Counted from the first letter of the stretch, positions 1-8,644 are shown. The stretch is DNA of 64,000 nt from Leptolyngbyaceae cyanobacterium (GCA_050331235.1 JBHJHA010000020.1:1-64000); one strand, 5' to 3'. The notes: generated by a model not told the origin, from the letters alone. A program made the numbers and translations.

Positions 1-498
1 ACCGACCGCCTGAGGCGTCTCCCCAGATCCGCGCGCCGCTGCGGTCACCTGCTGATCCAACTGAATCGCCGCCAGGTCACTGCCCACATACTCTCGATAC
101 AGGTCTGGATAACTTTGGATTTTGCACGTCACCGCACAGGCATATTCGAGGTATCGCTGCTGCTGCACCTCATTCACCGTTTGCTGAGCATACTGCAACA
201 GCTTGGATAAAGCTGCCTGTTTTTCCTCTGGGGTCAGTGTGGCCGCTTGATGTTGGGTAAGTGGCCCCTGAGCTAACAGTTGAATCACTTGCCGCGCTGA
301 ATTCCCCGCTTTCAGGGCAACTCCGGCAACTTCTTGATCCAAAGCCTGCGCCGCTGTCGAATTTGGCGCATAGCGTTGATACAACTCCCCGTAGTTTTTC
401 ACCGTCTTGCCAGTGGCCTTCGCAACAGAAAAATACTGCTCTCGACCGGCTTTGCCCTTTGCACTGTCCGGTTCTTTTGGCAGAGGCAATTCCGTCAT
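1..498 (-). CDS. Hypothetical protein, 3'-partial (>=166 aa), with a repeated helical module; absent from the ORF track
   Basis: Hand translation is open from the ATG at 498 to the window edge: MTELPLPKEPDSAKGKAGREQYFSVAKATGKTVKNYGELYQRY...LDQEVAGVALKAGNSARQVIQLLAQGP...YPDLYREY...LDQQVTAAARGSGETPQAVG. The start overlaps the stop of 495..959 (ATGA). Confidence 0.8.
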   Translation of the reverse strand, partial: MTELPLPKEPDSAKGKAGREQYFSVAKATGKTVKNYGELYQRYAPNSTAAQALDQEVAGVALKAGNSARQVIQLLAQGPLTQHQAATLTPEEKQAALSKLLQYAQQTVNEVQQQRYLEYACAVTCKIQSYPDLYREYVGSDLAAIQLDQQVTAAARGSGETPQAVG

Positions 499-959
499 AA
501 GACATCCGCAAACTCATCCAGCAAGTCAGCCTCCTGAGTTATCACCTGAGCTGCTTGGTTAGGTGCAGGCATTGGCGGCAATTGCACCGTACCCTCAGCC
601 TCAACAGTAGACACCGACTCTGACGTCACCAGCGTTTCAGTCGCGAGACTACTTCCGCCTACCCCGATGCCAAACTTTTCCCTTAAATGCTGAATTTGGG
701 CCTCCATTTGCCAGATGGACTGCTGAGCTAAGTCCCACAATTCTGCTTCCGAATGATTGCCAGATGCCTCATAGGCAAACGGTAGCCAGAAAGCTCGGGT
801 GGCCGTCGCTGCTTTGTCTTTACCTTTGTAAGTGCCATGAATCAGCCAGGAGTAGGTGATGCCGTTGGGAGAGGTGCGATCGGGCTCGAAGATGAATCGA
901 ACGCGAGGTTTGCTCTTGGAGCTGTTGTTTTCAGGGGATGCAGACGGCTTCCTGGGCAT
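495..959 (-). CDS. Hypothetical protein resembling cyanobacterial plasmid proteins
   Basis: 154-aa ORF (RFIFEPD...RAFWLPFAY...QIQHLREKFG), translationally coupled to the downstream ORF. Confidence 0.7.
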   Translation of the reverse strand: MPRKPSASPENNSSKSKPRVRFIFEPDRTSPNGITYSWLIHGTYKGKDKAATATRAFWLPFAYEASGNHSEAELWDLAQQSIWQMEAQIQHLREKFGIGVGGSSLATETLVTSESVSTVEAEGTVQLPPMPAPNQAAQVITQEADLLDEFADVL

Positions 960-1260
960 TTCGTTACGGCCTCAAACGCTAGACGGGACTGTCAATTTGC
1001 TTTCAAGCACCTTTCTGACCATCATCCTAGCTCAACGAGGCTGAACCAATGCAGATATTTAACCCTCTAATGGGCTCTTGTGAACTTTGAAGCTGACCTA
1101 ATGCTGAAGTGAGATGTTTTGGCGTGTCTTTTGCCAGATAAGCAAGCGGAAATTTGTTGGATACGACTTTCTAAGATTGCTTTTGCCGATCAGCAGTAAT
1201 ATGTTGAGCTTGCTGGAAACAGAGATGGGTAGTGTCCCCTGAAATGCTGAGTGTAAAAGG

Positions 1261-2459
1261 CTAGATATCAGTCGGTTTGAGATGGTCGAGCTTCATCTTG
1301 TCCAGGTATCGCTTCTCAATGACTTCACTCGAATAGCCTACCCATCGTGCAATGGTAGTTAGGAATGGCCCTGAAGCGCTTGCAAAGTGATGAATGTGTC
1401 TCGGCAGTTGTATGGGGTTATCTTGATATTGTCCTTAACCTCCAGTCCTAACCGGGTCAGCACTTTCGTCCAGGCTCGATCCGAGAAGTTGCTTTCCGTA
1501 ATGGTTTTGCCTTTCGGTGACTTGAAGACCAGTTCCTCCGCCTCAGGGGCTATAGGGCGAATGGCTTTAAGTAGCTCTTTCAGGCGTGTTGGACAGCTGA
1601 ACCAGCGTTTAACATTAGTTTTGTCTTCTTTGCGCCGTTCGAGACGTCCCGAGATTTCGACAATACTTTCGTGAAAATGAACTCGATGGCAATCCGGCGT
1701 CACACTCCCCCACCGCAAGCCAATGGCTTCACAGGGACGGCAGCCAGTCCAAAAGAGAAACTTGATGAAAGGCGCATAGTGCCGATAGTTCATGCCAGGG
1801 CGACTATCGGTTTCAAAGGCTGCAATAATCCGGTCTCGCTCTTCCATCGTGAAGGCCATGGGCGGCGGTGGCTGGGTCGGCGAGAGGTCGAGGTACATGC
1901 CCTCTAAGGGATTGTCATCAACCAATCTATGCTTGATGCCCCACTTGCAAGCTGCTGAGAGCTGCATCAAGGTGCGTCTGGCCTGAGATTCCGTTGTCAC
2001 CTTCAATAGCTCTCGGCGAAATTTAATGGAGTCCTTCAGGCCATCGGTTCTGCACTTACCCAAATGGGCCGTGACCGGGTCATAGGTGCCGTTAATCGTC
2101 TTGGGTGAAACATGGGGCGATTTGTATTCCACATACTGAGCCCAGATAGAGCGGATTGGGGTAATTTCCTGGGTCTTCTCTTTGAGCAGATTTTCCGGTC
2201 GATATTTATCTAGGGTCGGGTCAAAGTTCCCAGAGACAAAATCCAGCTCAATTTGTCGGGCCTTCTGCTCAGCCGCTTTGCGATTGATCGCAGTATCAGG
2301 AACCCCCAAGCTCAGATAGTATCTTTGTCCTTGCCAGCTAAACACGAGCTGTATGCGTCCGTGAGAAATCTTCACTTGGACGGAGCCTTTTTTGGCCTTT
2401 GGACGGCGGAGAGATGACGTGCGACTGGGTGCCAAGAGATTCCTGGGATTAAGAGGCAA
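1261..2459 (-). pseudogene. Tyrosine recombinase/integrase with N-terminal arm-DNA-binding (DUF3596-like) domain; frameshifted at about 1360
   Basis: Motifs RYYLSLG...NFDPTLDKY, TGCRPCE and PYNCRDTF. The frame stops at GHS-TAA (1359-1361), but the adjacent frame 1359..1261 continues TTIARWVGYSSEVIEKRYLDKMKLDHLKPTDI*, which holds the catalytic Tyr. Confidence 0.85.
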
Positions 2460-2463
2460 ATCT

Positions 2464-2483
2464 TTACCCCAAACTTACCCCAA
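2464..2483. repeat. TTACCCCAA direct repeat (x2), candidate integrase arm-type sites
   Basis: Copies at 2464-2472 and 2475-2483; inverted copy TTGGGGTAA at 2156-2164 inside the integrase gene. Confidence 0.5.
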
Positions 2484-2601
2484 TAATAGGCCTAAAACTG
2501 TCCAAATACACCCAATCCTGGGAGTGCCAGTGCTATGTGACGCTCGATCAGGTAATCCTGAAATCCCCTGGAATCATTGACTTTGGCGGGCTTTAGTAAA
2601 A

Positions 2602-2673
2602 AGCCGATGGCGGGATTTGAACCCGCGACCGCTCGATTACGAATCGAGTGCTCTACCACTGAGCCACATCGGC
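2602..2673 (-). tRNA. trnT: tRNA-Thr (anticodon CGT)
   Basis: GCCGATGTGGCTCAGTGGTAGAGCA-CTCGA TTCGTAA TCGAG-CGGTCGCGGGTTCAAATCCCGCCATCGGCT; full cloverleaf, CCA not encoded. Confidence 0.97.
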
Positions 2674-2958
2674 ATTGCGATTGACTAAATTAGCAGAGAA
2701 ATCGCAGGGCGGCAAGGACAGCTATAGATTGTGCTCGATCGCCGACTCCCAGATGGCGCTTTGTTAGAAGCAGAGATTTTGTGTAAAGGTCGATTCATGC
2801 TGTCATGGGTCGAAAACAGATAGCCTGACGGGCGCGTGGGCAATATCTGTCGATTTTCGTTCGCCAATCGCTTATTAGCCATTGAGTTGAGGCCCGTCGG
2901 TCCTAATCCAATCGCGATTAACGAACAAAAAAATGGAGTGATTTTTTTGGGCACCTGC

Positions 2959-2986
2959 TTGACGTTGAGAAGCCCGCAAGTAGTAT
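2959..2986 (+). promoter_or_regulatory. Putative sigma70-type promoter for the riboswitch transcript
   Basis: TTGACG (2959-2964), 16 nt, TAGTAT (2981-2986), about 20 nt upstream of the aptamer. Confidence 0.45.
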
Positions 2987-3002
2987 TTTGAATACAACAA
3001 AA

Positions 3003-3072
3003 ACCGTTCATCTCTTCATCACGTCAGTTGCGAAGGGACGGAAGTAAGGATGATTTCCTGAAGGAACGCGCC
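3003..3072 (+). ncRNA. Glutamine riboswitch (glnA motif, glutamine-I class)
   Basis: P1 CGTTC(3005-09)/GAACG(3064-68); P2 TCTCTTC/GAAGGGA; junction CGGAAGTA; P3 AGGA/TCCT; then GAAGGAACGCGCC. Matches the glnA motif consensus. Confidence 0.88.
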
Positions 3073-3106
3073 TCTCGTTCGATGCAACTCTCTTGAGGCG
3101 ATATTC

Positions 3107-3274
3107 ATGACTCACAATACTGCTGTACTGACGGAACTAGTCGGAGCTTTAGCGATCGCATTTGCTATTTTGTGTCCCATTTTTTGCTGGGTAATCGAAT
3201 CGCCCAAACGAGACAAAACGGTTTTTCGCACACCAATTTGGAGGCTGTCGTCACAGCCTCAGTCTGGACGCTAG
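3107..3274 (+). CDS. Small putative membrane protein (55 aa) directly downstream of the glutamine riboswitch
   Basis: MTHNTAVLTELVGALAIAFAILCPIFCWVIESPKRDKTVFRTPIWRLSSQPQSGR*; SD-like GAGGCG at 3095-3100; one hydrophobic segment followed by a basic tail. Confidence 0.7.
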   Translation: MTHNTAVLTELVGALAIAFAILCPIFCWVIESPKRDKTVFRTPIWRLSSQPQSGR

Positions 3275-3296
3275 ATCAATCTTTGACTAAGTTATT

Positions 3297-3437
3297 ATGC
3301 GATCGCGCGTCGGAGTTGGCGTTTGGCTGTGCCTAATCCTAACGGCTTTGTTTGTGGTGTATGCCAGACCCTACGGAAGTCCTGAGCAAACCTACCGAAT
3401 TGCTCAAGAATACTGCCGTCAGTATTCAATTCACTAA
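3297..3437 (+). CDS. Small putative membrane or exported protein (46 aa)
   Basis: MRSRVGVGVWLCLILTALFVVYARPYGSPEQTYRIAQEYCRQYSIH*; starts 22 nt after the previous stop; basic N-terminus plus a hydrophobic stretch; no clear SD. Confidence 0.5.
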   Translation: MRSRVGVGVWLCLILTALFVVYARPYGSPEQTYRIAQEYCRQYSIH

Positions 3438-3633
3438 AGCGCAACGAGCGAAACGGCCGATGTTAGTTTTCTAAACTCAGACTAGGATTGAAGCAATTCC
3501 AGATTTCCCTTTCATCTGCGGCAAGTGGAAATCTCTAACGGATAAACGTTATGCCGACGCTAAAACCGTGTCTCAAGACATTGGCACTCAGCCGTCACCT
3601 GGGTTTGGGGCGTAGATCAAGGATATTAGTCAG

Positions 3634-4446
3634 ATGCCATCTACCAGTTCGCTAGCTAACCGGCATATTTTGTATATTTCCCATGGTGGTGGGCCCTTAC
3701 CGCTGCTCGATGATCCGCAACATCGGGACATGGTGGCCAATTTGCAGGCGATCGCCGCTCAGCTGCCTCGACCCAAAGCAATCGTGGTGATCAGTGCCCA
3801 CTGGGAAGCTGCCGTCCCTACGCTAACCGCCGGTACCCAGCCACCGCTGATTTACGACTATTACGGTTTTCCCAAATCGGCATATCAACTCACCTATCCT
3901 GCCCCTGGGCATCCCGCCCTAGCGGCGGCGATCTGCGAACTGCTACAAACACAGGGGCTTGAGGTGAGGCTGACGACAGAGCGAGGCTTTGACCATGGGC
4001 TCTTTGTGCCGCTTAAGATCATGTATCCAGCCGCCGACATTCCCTGTGTGCAACTGTCGTTGGTCAAGGGATTGGATGCTAAGACCCATATCGTCATCGG
4101 TCAGGCGCTGTCACAGCTAGCGGCGGACAATGTGCTGATTCTCGGTTCCGGGTTTTCGTTTCACAATATGCAAGCCTTTCAAACCCCAGACACGGCTCAA
4201 ACCCGTGCACAGAATGAAGCCTTTGAGCAATGGCTGATTGAGACCTGTGCGAACCCCGACCTGGCAACTAGCGATCGCACGCATCGACTAATCAATTGGG
4301 AGACGGCCCCCGCGGCTCGATATTGTCATCCCAGAGAAGAGCACTTGCTGCCGCTGCACGTTTGTTATGGTGCCGCCCAGCAAGCCTGTCGTGAGTATTT
4401 TGAATTGACAGTCTTGGGTAAAAAAGCCAGCGTATATCTCTGGTGA
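3634..4446 (+). CDS. Class III extradiol dioxygenase (LigB / DOPA 4,5-dioxygenase / YgiD family)
   Basis: Motifs SHGGGP, ISAHWE, YDYYGFP, RGFDHG, GSGFSFHN and HPREEHLLPL. Confidence 0.9.
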   Translation: MPSTSSLANRHILYISHGGGPLPLLDDPQHRDMVANLQAIAAQLPRPKAIVVISAHWEAAVPTLTAGTQPPLIYDYYGFPKSAYQLTYPAPGHPALAAAICELLQTQGLEVRLTTERGFDHGLFVPLKIMYPAADIPCVQLSLVKGLDAKTHIVIGQALSQLAADNVLILGSGFSFHNMQAFQTPDTAQTRAQNEAFEQWLIETCANPDLATSDRTHRLINWETAPAARYCHPREEHLLPLHVCYGAAQQACREYFELTVLGKKASVYLW

Positions 4447-4556
4447 GCGCAATGAGGTAGAGGGCAGTGTTGAGACACCGATGATGAAGGCGGTCAAAGG
4501 CTGATTGCCCAGAACGTGTTGTTCATCGTCTCTGTTAACTGCGACTCAAAACGGGG

Positions 4557-5219
4557 TCAAAGCAGTCCCCGATAACGGATGAACATTAGGATGGCTGCCC
4601 AGGCCCCCAGTGCTACCTTGACCGCAACGAGAATATTGAGTAATGGAATCCAACCGCCGCTACTGAGTAGGCCCATCTCCCCCTGGGGGAGCTCTAATCC
4701 CAATATAGATAGAGCTGCTAGGACAACGAAGATCAAAACGGAGACCTTTTCTAAGGTGGCGGCCCGCCAGCGTTTATAGAGCGCTTCCATCCACGTTGAG
4801 GAAGAGGTGATCGCGACGAGGCCGATCGCTGTTCCCCCCGCGACTCCGGCGGCAAACCCACCCCCCGGGCTAAGATGTCCCCGTAGGGCGAGTTCCACAC
4901 TAATGAGAGCCGCGATCGTTGCCCCTAGTCGAGCCAGCACGATCGAAGGCTGATCGGTAAATTGATGAACTTGGGGAGCTGGTTGCTCATCTGCTAGTAA
5001 ATAGCGCACCCCCATGATTGAGAGGCTAAAAACCACCACCTCAAAAATAGTGTCATACAGCCGGTTGCGGAAAATAATACCCGATACGGCATTAGGGACA
5101 CCGCTTTCCTGCACGATCGCCTCCACGATGGATAGGTCCGCCGTCTCTAACGCTGGATTGGGAAAAACCAGCATTTTGAGATACACCGCAATGCCGACAG
5201 CAATATAAACCCAGGTCAT
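4557..5219 (-). CDS. mrpB: Mrp/Mnh Na+/H+ antiporter subunit B
   Basis: NAVSGIIFRNRLYDTIFEV and GHLSPGGGFAAG; operon context. Confidence 0.88.
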   Translation of the reverse strand: MTWVYIAVGIAVYLKMLVFPNPALETADLSIVEAIVQESGVPNAVSGIIFRNRLYDTIFEVVVFSLSIMGVRYLLADEQPAPQVHQFTDQPSIVLARLGATIAALISVELALRGHLSPGGGFAAGVAGGTAIGLVAITSSSTWMEALYKRWRAATLEKVSVLIFVVLAALSILGLELPQGEMGLLSSGGWIPLLNILVAVKVALGAWAAILMFIRYRGLL

Positions 5220-5821
5220 GACTGTACCTCACAGGAATCAGTGGATGGAGATAGGGCAGGGGCAGGAGCCTTAATCGGTTGAGGCGGTGGGGTCAGTGAG
5301 ATCGCGCCCGCTGGTAACTGCCCGTGGAGCAACTGATGTAACTTGGGCACACGAGTCGTTAGTTGATAGGGGTATGCTGCTGTCGGGGTGGCCGTGAGCA
5401 TCCCATGGATTTCCTTGGCTGCCATCGCTGCTTGCAGCGTCTGGGGAGACGGGTAAACGACGCTTTCGAGCCGCAGATGGGATTTGGTCAGCGTTTGCCG
5501 CAGCGTTGTCAATATCTGGTTTTGAGGAGTCTGCGACTCTGGATCGTCGGCGATCGCCGACGCGTCCTCCGTCAAGAGGCCCACCCGCACCGTCATCGAT
5601 GACCGCACCGCGATCGCATACAGGGTGATGGAGAGCATGGTACCTACTAGGGCCTCAGTCAGGGCGACGTCCGCTGCGCCAAAGAGGGCATAGACCAGGG
5701 CTGCCACAGCCCCTAACATGCCGCGCATCACTAAGGCGTGATACGGATTTTTTTGAGTGACGACCATGGTCGCTGTCAGGGGCAACAGCGCCGCGATCGC
5801 CAGCATGTATGAGTCAAACAT
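5216..5821 (-). CDS. Mrp-associated DUF4040-type subunit (MrpA C-terminal-like)
   Basis: GAADVALTEALVGT motif; overlaps mrpB. Confidence 0.8.
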   Translation of the reverse strand: MFDSYMLAIAALLPLTATMVVTQKNPYHALVMRGMLGAVAALVYALFGAADVALTEALVGTMLSITLYAIAVRSSMTVRVGLLTEDASAIADDPESQTPQNQILTTLRQTLTKSHLRLESVVYPSPQTLQAAMAAKEIHGMLTATPTAAYPYQLTTRVPKLHQLLHGQLPAGAISLTPPPQPIKAPAPALSPSTDSCEVQS

Positions 5822-6105
5822 TAATCCGACCTCTCACTAGAGCAGTAGGCCAAGACATAGCCCAACACAGTATTCCAAATGGCTAGGGAGATAAGAGCCA
5901 GAACCAGTAGGGGCCACTCCCGGGGAATCTTGAGCAGTAGCCCCGCCACAATCGCCATTGACCCTAGGGTGTCTGCCACCGACAGACTGTGCAGTTTGTA
6001 AAGCACGGAGCGCTGGCCTAAGAGGGGCCAAGTGCCCCAAAACCAAAACACTATGCCAACGCCAATGAGGCTGTAGCTGGTGGCGTTAATGATGGTATTA
6101 GCCAT
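5821..6105 (-). CDS. mrpG: Mrp subunit G
   Basis: YKLHSLSVADTLG motif; three TM segments. Confidence 0.85.
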   Translation of the reverse strand: MANTIINATSYSLIGVGIVFWFWGTWPLLGQRSVLYKLHSLSVADTLGSMAIVAGLLLKIPREWPLLVLALISLAIWNTVLGYVLAYCSSERSD

Positions 6106-6106
6106 G

Positions 6107-6352
6107 TTAGTTCATCCGTTTAATCACGTGGGCTAAGAGCATCAGGGCCGCATTCCCCACGCTGAGAATGAGCACCCCCACCAGACCGATCATCCAGTCG
6201 TCGCGCAAGACCGACACCACCAAAATCAAGATAGAGGTCTTGGACGCGATACTGGCGAAGGCCAACATCTTTTGCCAAATGTCTTCGTCGTGCCAAGCTT
6301 CATAGACGGGGATGAGCAAAGCCCCAATCATGGGCCAAATGATGCTGCTCAT
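6107..6352 (-). CDS. mrpF: Mrp subunit F-like
   Basis: 81-aa, 3-TM protein between mrpE and mrpG. Confidence 0.7.
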   Translation of the reverse strand: MSSIIWPMIGALLIPVYEAWHDEDIWQKMLAFASIASKTSILILVVSVLRDDWMIGLVGVLILSVGNAALMLLAHVIKRMN

Positions 6353-6744
6353 GGCGACCTCCTTCGGCGTTGAATGCGATGGACCTCATACCAGCCGTCG
6401 TCGTGGTACTTCACCACGATGGTTTTGGGTGTAAAGGTAATCAGAAAGACGTCTAAGAAAATGAGTCCGGAGCTGCGGCGAGGCTTGACCCGATCCATCG
6501 TGGTGGCCTCAGCGTGGTGGGGCCGCACAATAATCTCGATCGCCTCGATGAAGGCTTGGGGAATGGCCACGATCACCTCACCCACCGTCCGGAGCCAGTC
6601 TGTTAGCTGACTAGAGCGCACCGGCGAGCAGCGGGGAATCAACAGGGCGATTGCCACCCCCAGCAGCACATTGACAGGGCTGACATCCGCCGTCAACAAA
6701 AACCAAATGCCGAGCCGGAGGCCGATTTCTAAAAGACCGATCAT
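6349..6744 (-). CDS. mrpE: Mrp subunit E
   Basis: ITFTPKT motif; start MIGLLE at 6744 overlaps the mrpD stop (ATGA). Confidence 0.85.
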   Translation of the reverse strand: MIGLLEIGLRLGIWFLLTADVSPVNVLLGVAIALLIPRCSPVRSSQLTDWLRTVGEVIVAIPQAFIEAIEIIVRPHHAEATTMDRVKPRRSSGLIFLDVFLITFTPKTIVVKYHDDGWYEVHRIQRRRRSP

Positions 6745-8165
6745 GCCAGCACCCCCCAAAACAGCAGCATTAGCATGAACGTCATAACTCCAATTAGATG
6801 TTCAAACCGTTCCAGTAATCGAGGTAGGCGCACCGCCCAGTGCTGCACGATGAGCAGGTAAGCCCCCCAGCCGATAGCGATCGTGACCAACGGCTTGATC
6901 ACGTTGGACCAGCTGTAAGCTTCGTAATAAACGACATTGGCCACGGCGAGCCCCCCTAGCAAGATCCCAATCGCCCACCAAAACCCAGGCTTGGCAGACT
7001 TTTCAGGATCCGGGGCATGGGGCAAGAAAATGAATTTAGCAAAGGAAATGGCCGTACCCACAGCGGCCAAGTTCATCGCGATCACCTGCCACGGCAGCAG
7101 CGATTTCATCGTTAGCACCTTCGCCCCAAATCCTGACAGCAGGGGGAAGCCCGAGATCGAGAAGCTGGCTAAAACCAGGGCTATCCAAACTGGGGTGGGG
7201 ATGGTCGTCTGCTTGAGTTCCTTAAAGCGACGACTGGGCAGATTGCCAGCCGCCAAAAACAGTGCCGCCTTCACTAAGCCATGGGTCAGCGCATAAAAGC
7301 CACCAACGGCAGGAGCTGCTAGCACAAAACCCAATTGGGAAACGGTGTGAAAGGCCAACATTCGCTTAGTGTCTTTTTCCACCATGGCGTAGCCAACCCC
7401 CAGCAGCGCTGTGCAAACGCCAAACAGCCGCACAATAGGATCAATTGTTTCCAACATGAGGGCAAACCGCACCAAGGGAAACACCCCCGCTTTGATCACC
7501 GCTCCCGAGAGCAAGGCTGAAACTGGAGTTTCTGATTCTGAATGGGTCAGGGGCAACCATAACCCTGAGACAAAAATGCCTCCCTTAGTCAGCAGGCCCA
7601 GTAAAATCAGCGCGATCGCCTCGGGTGGGGCTTGCCCCAATCCCTCATAGGCAAAGGATTGATTAGCCTGATATACCAATACCGCCCCGATGAGATAGAA
7701 CAGCATGGCGGTATTGCTGACGAAGAGATAGCGCAACCCGACCCAAATAGAACGGTTGGTGCGGGGATAGGCAATCAACAAACAGGTGGCGATGCTAATC
7801 ACCTCGAGCGCTACATACAGACTGATCAAATCAGCACAGATAAAAGCTGAGTTGACGCTGCCGTGGAGGATAATCACCTGGGTATAAAAAAACGCTGACT
7901 TGCCCTGTTGCCAGCAGTAGAGAATCACCGCCGCAGTTACCAGCGCATTGGTGAGAATGAAAAAGCCGCTGACCGAGTCGATGATTAAGGTGACGCCAAA
8001 ACTATCGACTAGATTTAGCGTTTCGGGCATGGGAGCAAACAGATGCAATAGGCTGTAGCCCGTTGACAGCACCGCGATCGCCAGGGCCAAGGACCGCGCC
8101 AACTGCGGAAACAGGTAAATACTGAAGCCAACTAAAAAGGGAAGGGCAATCCACGCAATGGTCAT
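6741..8165 (-). CDS. mrpD: Mrp subunit D (antiporter-like proton-translocating subunit)
   Basis: DLISLYVALEV, WLPLTHSESETPVSALLSG and KRMLAFHTVSQLG. Confidence 0.9.
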   Translation of the reverse strand: MTIAWIALPFLVGFSIYLFPQLARSLALAIAVLSTGYSLLHLFAPMPETLNLVDSFGVTLIIDSVSGFFILTNALVTAAVILYCWQQGKSAFFYTQVIILHGSVNSAFICADLISLYVALEVISIATCLLIAYPRTNRSIWVGLRYLFVSNTAMLFYLIGAVLVYQANQSFAYEGLGQAPPEAIALILLGLLTKGGIFVSGLWLPLTHSESETPVSALLSGAVIKAGVFPLVRFALMLETIDPIVRLFGVCTALLGVGYAMVEKDTKRMLAFHTVSQLGFVLAAPAVGGFYALTHGLVKAALFLAAGNLPSRRFKELKQTTIPTPVWIALVLASFSISGFPLLSGFGAKVLTMKSLLPWQVIAMNLAAVGTAISFAKFIFLPHAPDPEKSAKPGFWWAIGILLGGLAVANVVYYEAYSWSNVIKPLVTIAIGWGAYLLIVQHWAVRLPRLLERFEHLIGVMTFMLMLLFWGVLA

Positions 8166-8167
8166 GG

Positions 8168-8512
8168 CTAGGGCTGGTGCTCCGTCTCAATGTCTGCAAT
8201 GTCTAGGGTGGGGATGTCGCGGGCCAGCTTCATGACCCCCACCAGCATTAAGGCTTGAATCGAAAAACCAATGACGATCGCAGTCAAAATTACCGCCTGC
8301 GGTACCGGATCGGCATAGGCCGCTGCGGGGTTCTCAATGGTCGCGATCGGCGTAAAGGTGCCGCCTCGGGCTGCAACCAGCACGTAATAGGCAATGACGC
8401 CGGTACTCATCACATCCATGGAGATGATTTTCATCATCAAGTTTTTCTTCAAGATGATGCCAAAAAAACCACCCATCACAGTGGCAAATACAAAGGCTTC
8501 TAGAACAACCAT
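8168..8512 (-). CDS. mrpC: Mrp subunit C
   Basis: DPVPQAVILTAIVIG; start adjusted to MVVLEAF. Confidence 0.9.
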   Translation of the reverse strand: MVVLEAFVFATVMGGFFGIILKKNLMMKIISMDVMSTGVIAYYVLVAARGGTFTPIATIENPAAAYADPVPQAVILTAIVIGFSIQALMLVGVMKLARDIPTLDIADIETEHQP

Positions 8513-8644
8513 GTCTCTTCGGTGGATAAATACTGGAAACGGAGGACGGGGAGAGCGATCGCCGGGCAAAGTGTGTCAATCAGCCAGAAAGAGAGGCATG
8601 CCCCCTACTCGGCGACTTTGACCCGGCCAAGACAAACGCGCGGC

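Larger units (their letters stand above)
1..2601. mobile_element. End of an integrative element (genomic island or integrated plasmid) inserted at the tRNA-Thr 3' end; continues left of the window
   Basis: Tyrosine integrase lies directly downstream of the tRNA 3' end, followed by plasmid-like hypothetical genes. No GCGATCGC was seen by eye in 1-3100, although it is common elsewhere. Confidence 0.75.

Noticed and set aside
170..537. Track ORFs 170..517, 261..500 and 334..537
   Set aside because: Shadow frames of the better, translationally coupled ORF 498..<1.
2980..2995. Possible NtcA site over the riboswitch promoter (GTAGTATTTTGAATAC)
   Set aside because: Spacing is GTA-N7-TAC or GTA-N10-TAC, not the canonical N8.
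2685..3011. 108-aa minus-strand ORF
   Set aside because: Overlaps the tRNA upstream region and the riboswitch promoter; no recognisable motifs.
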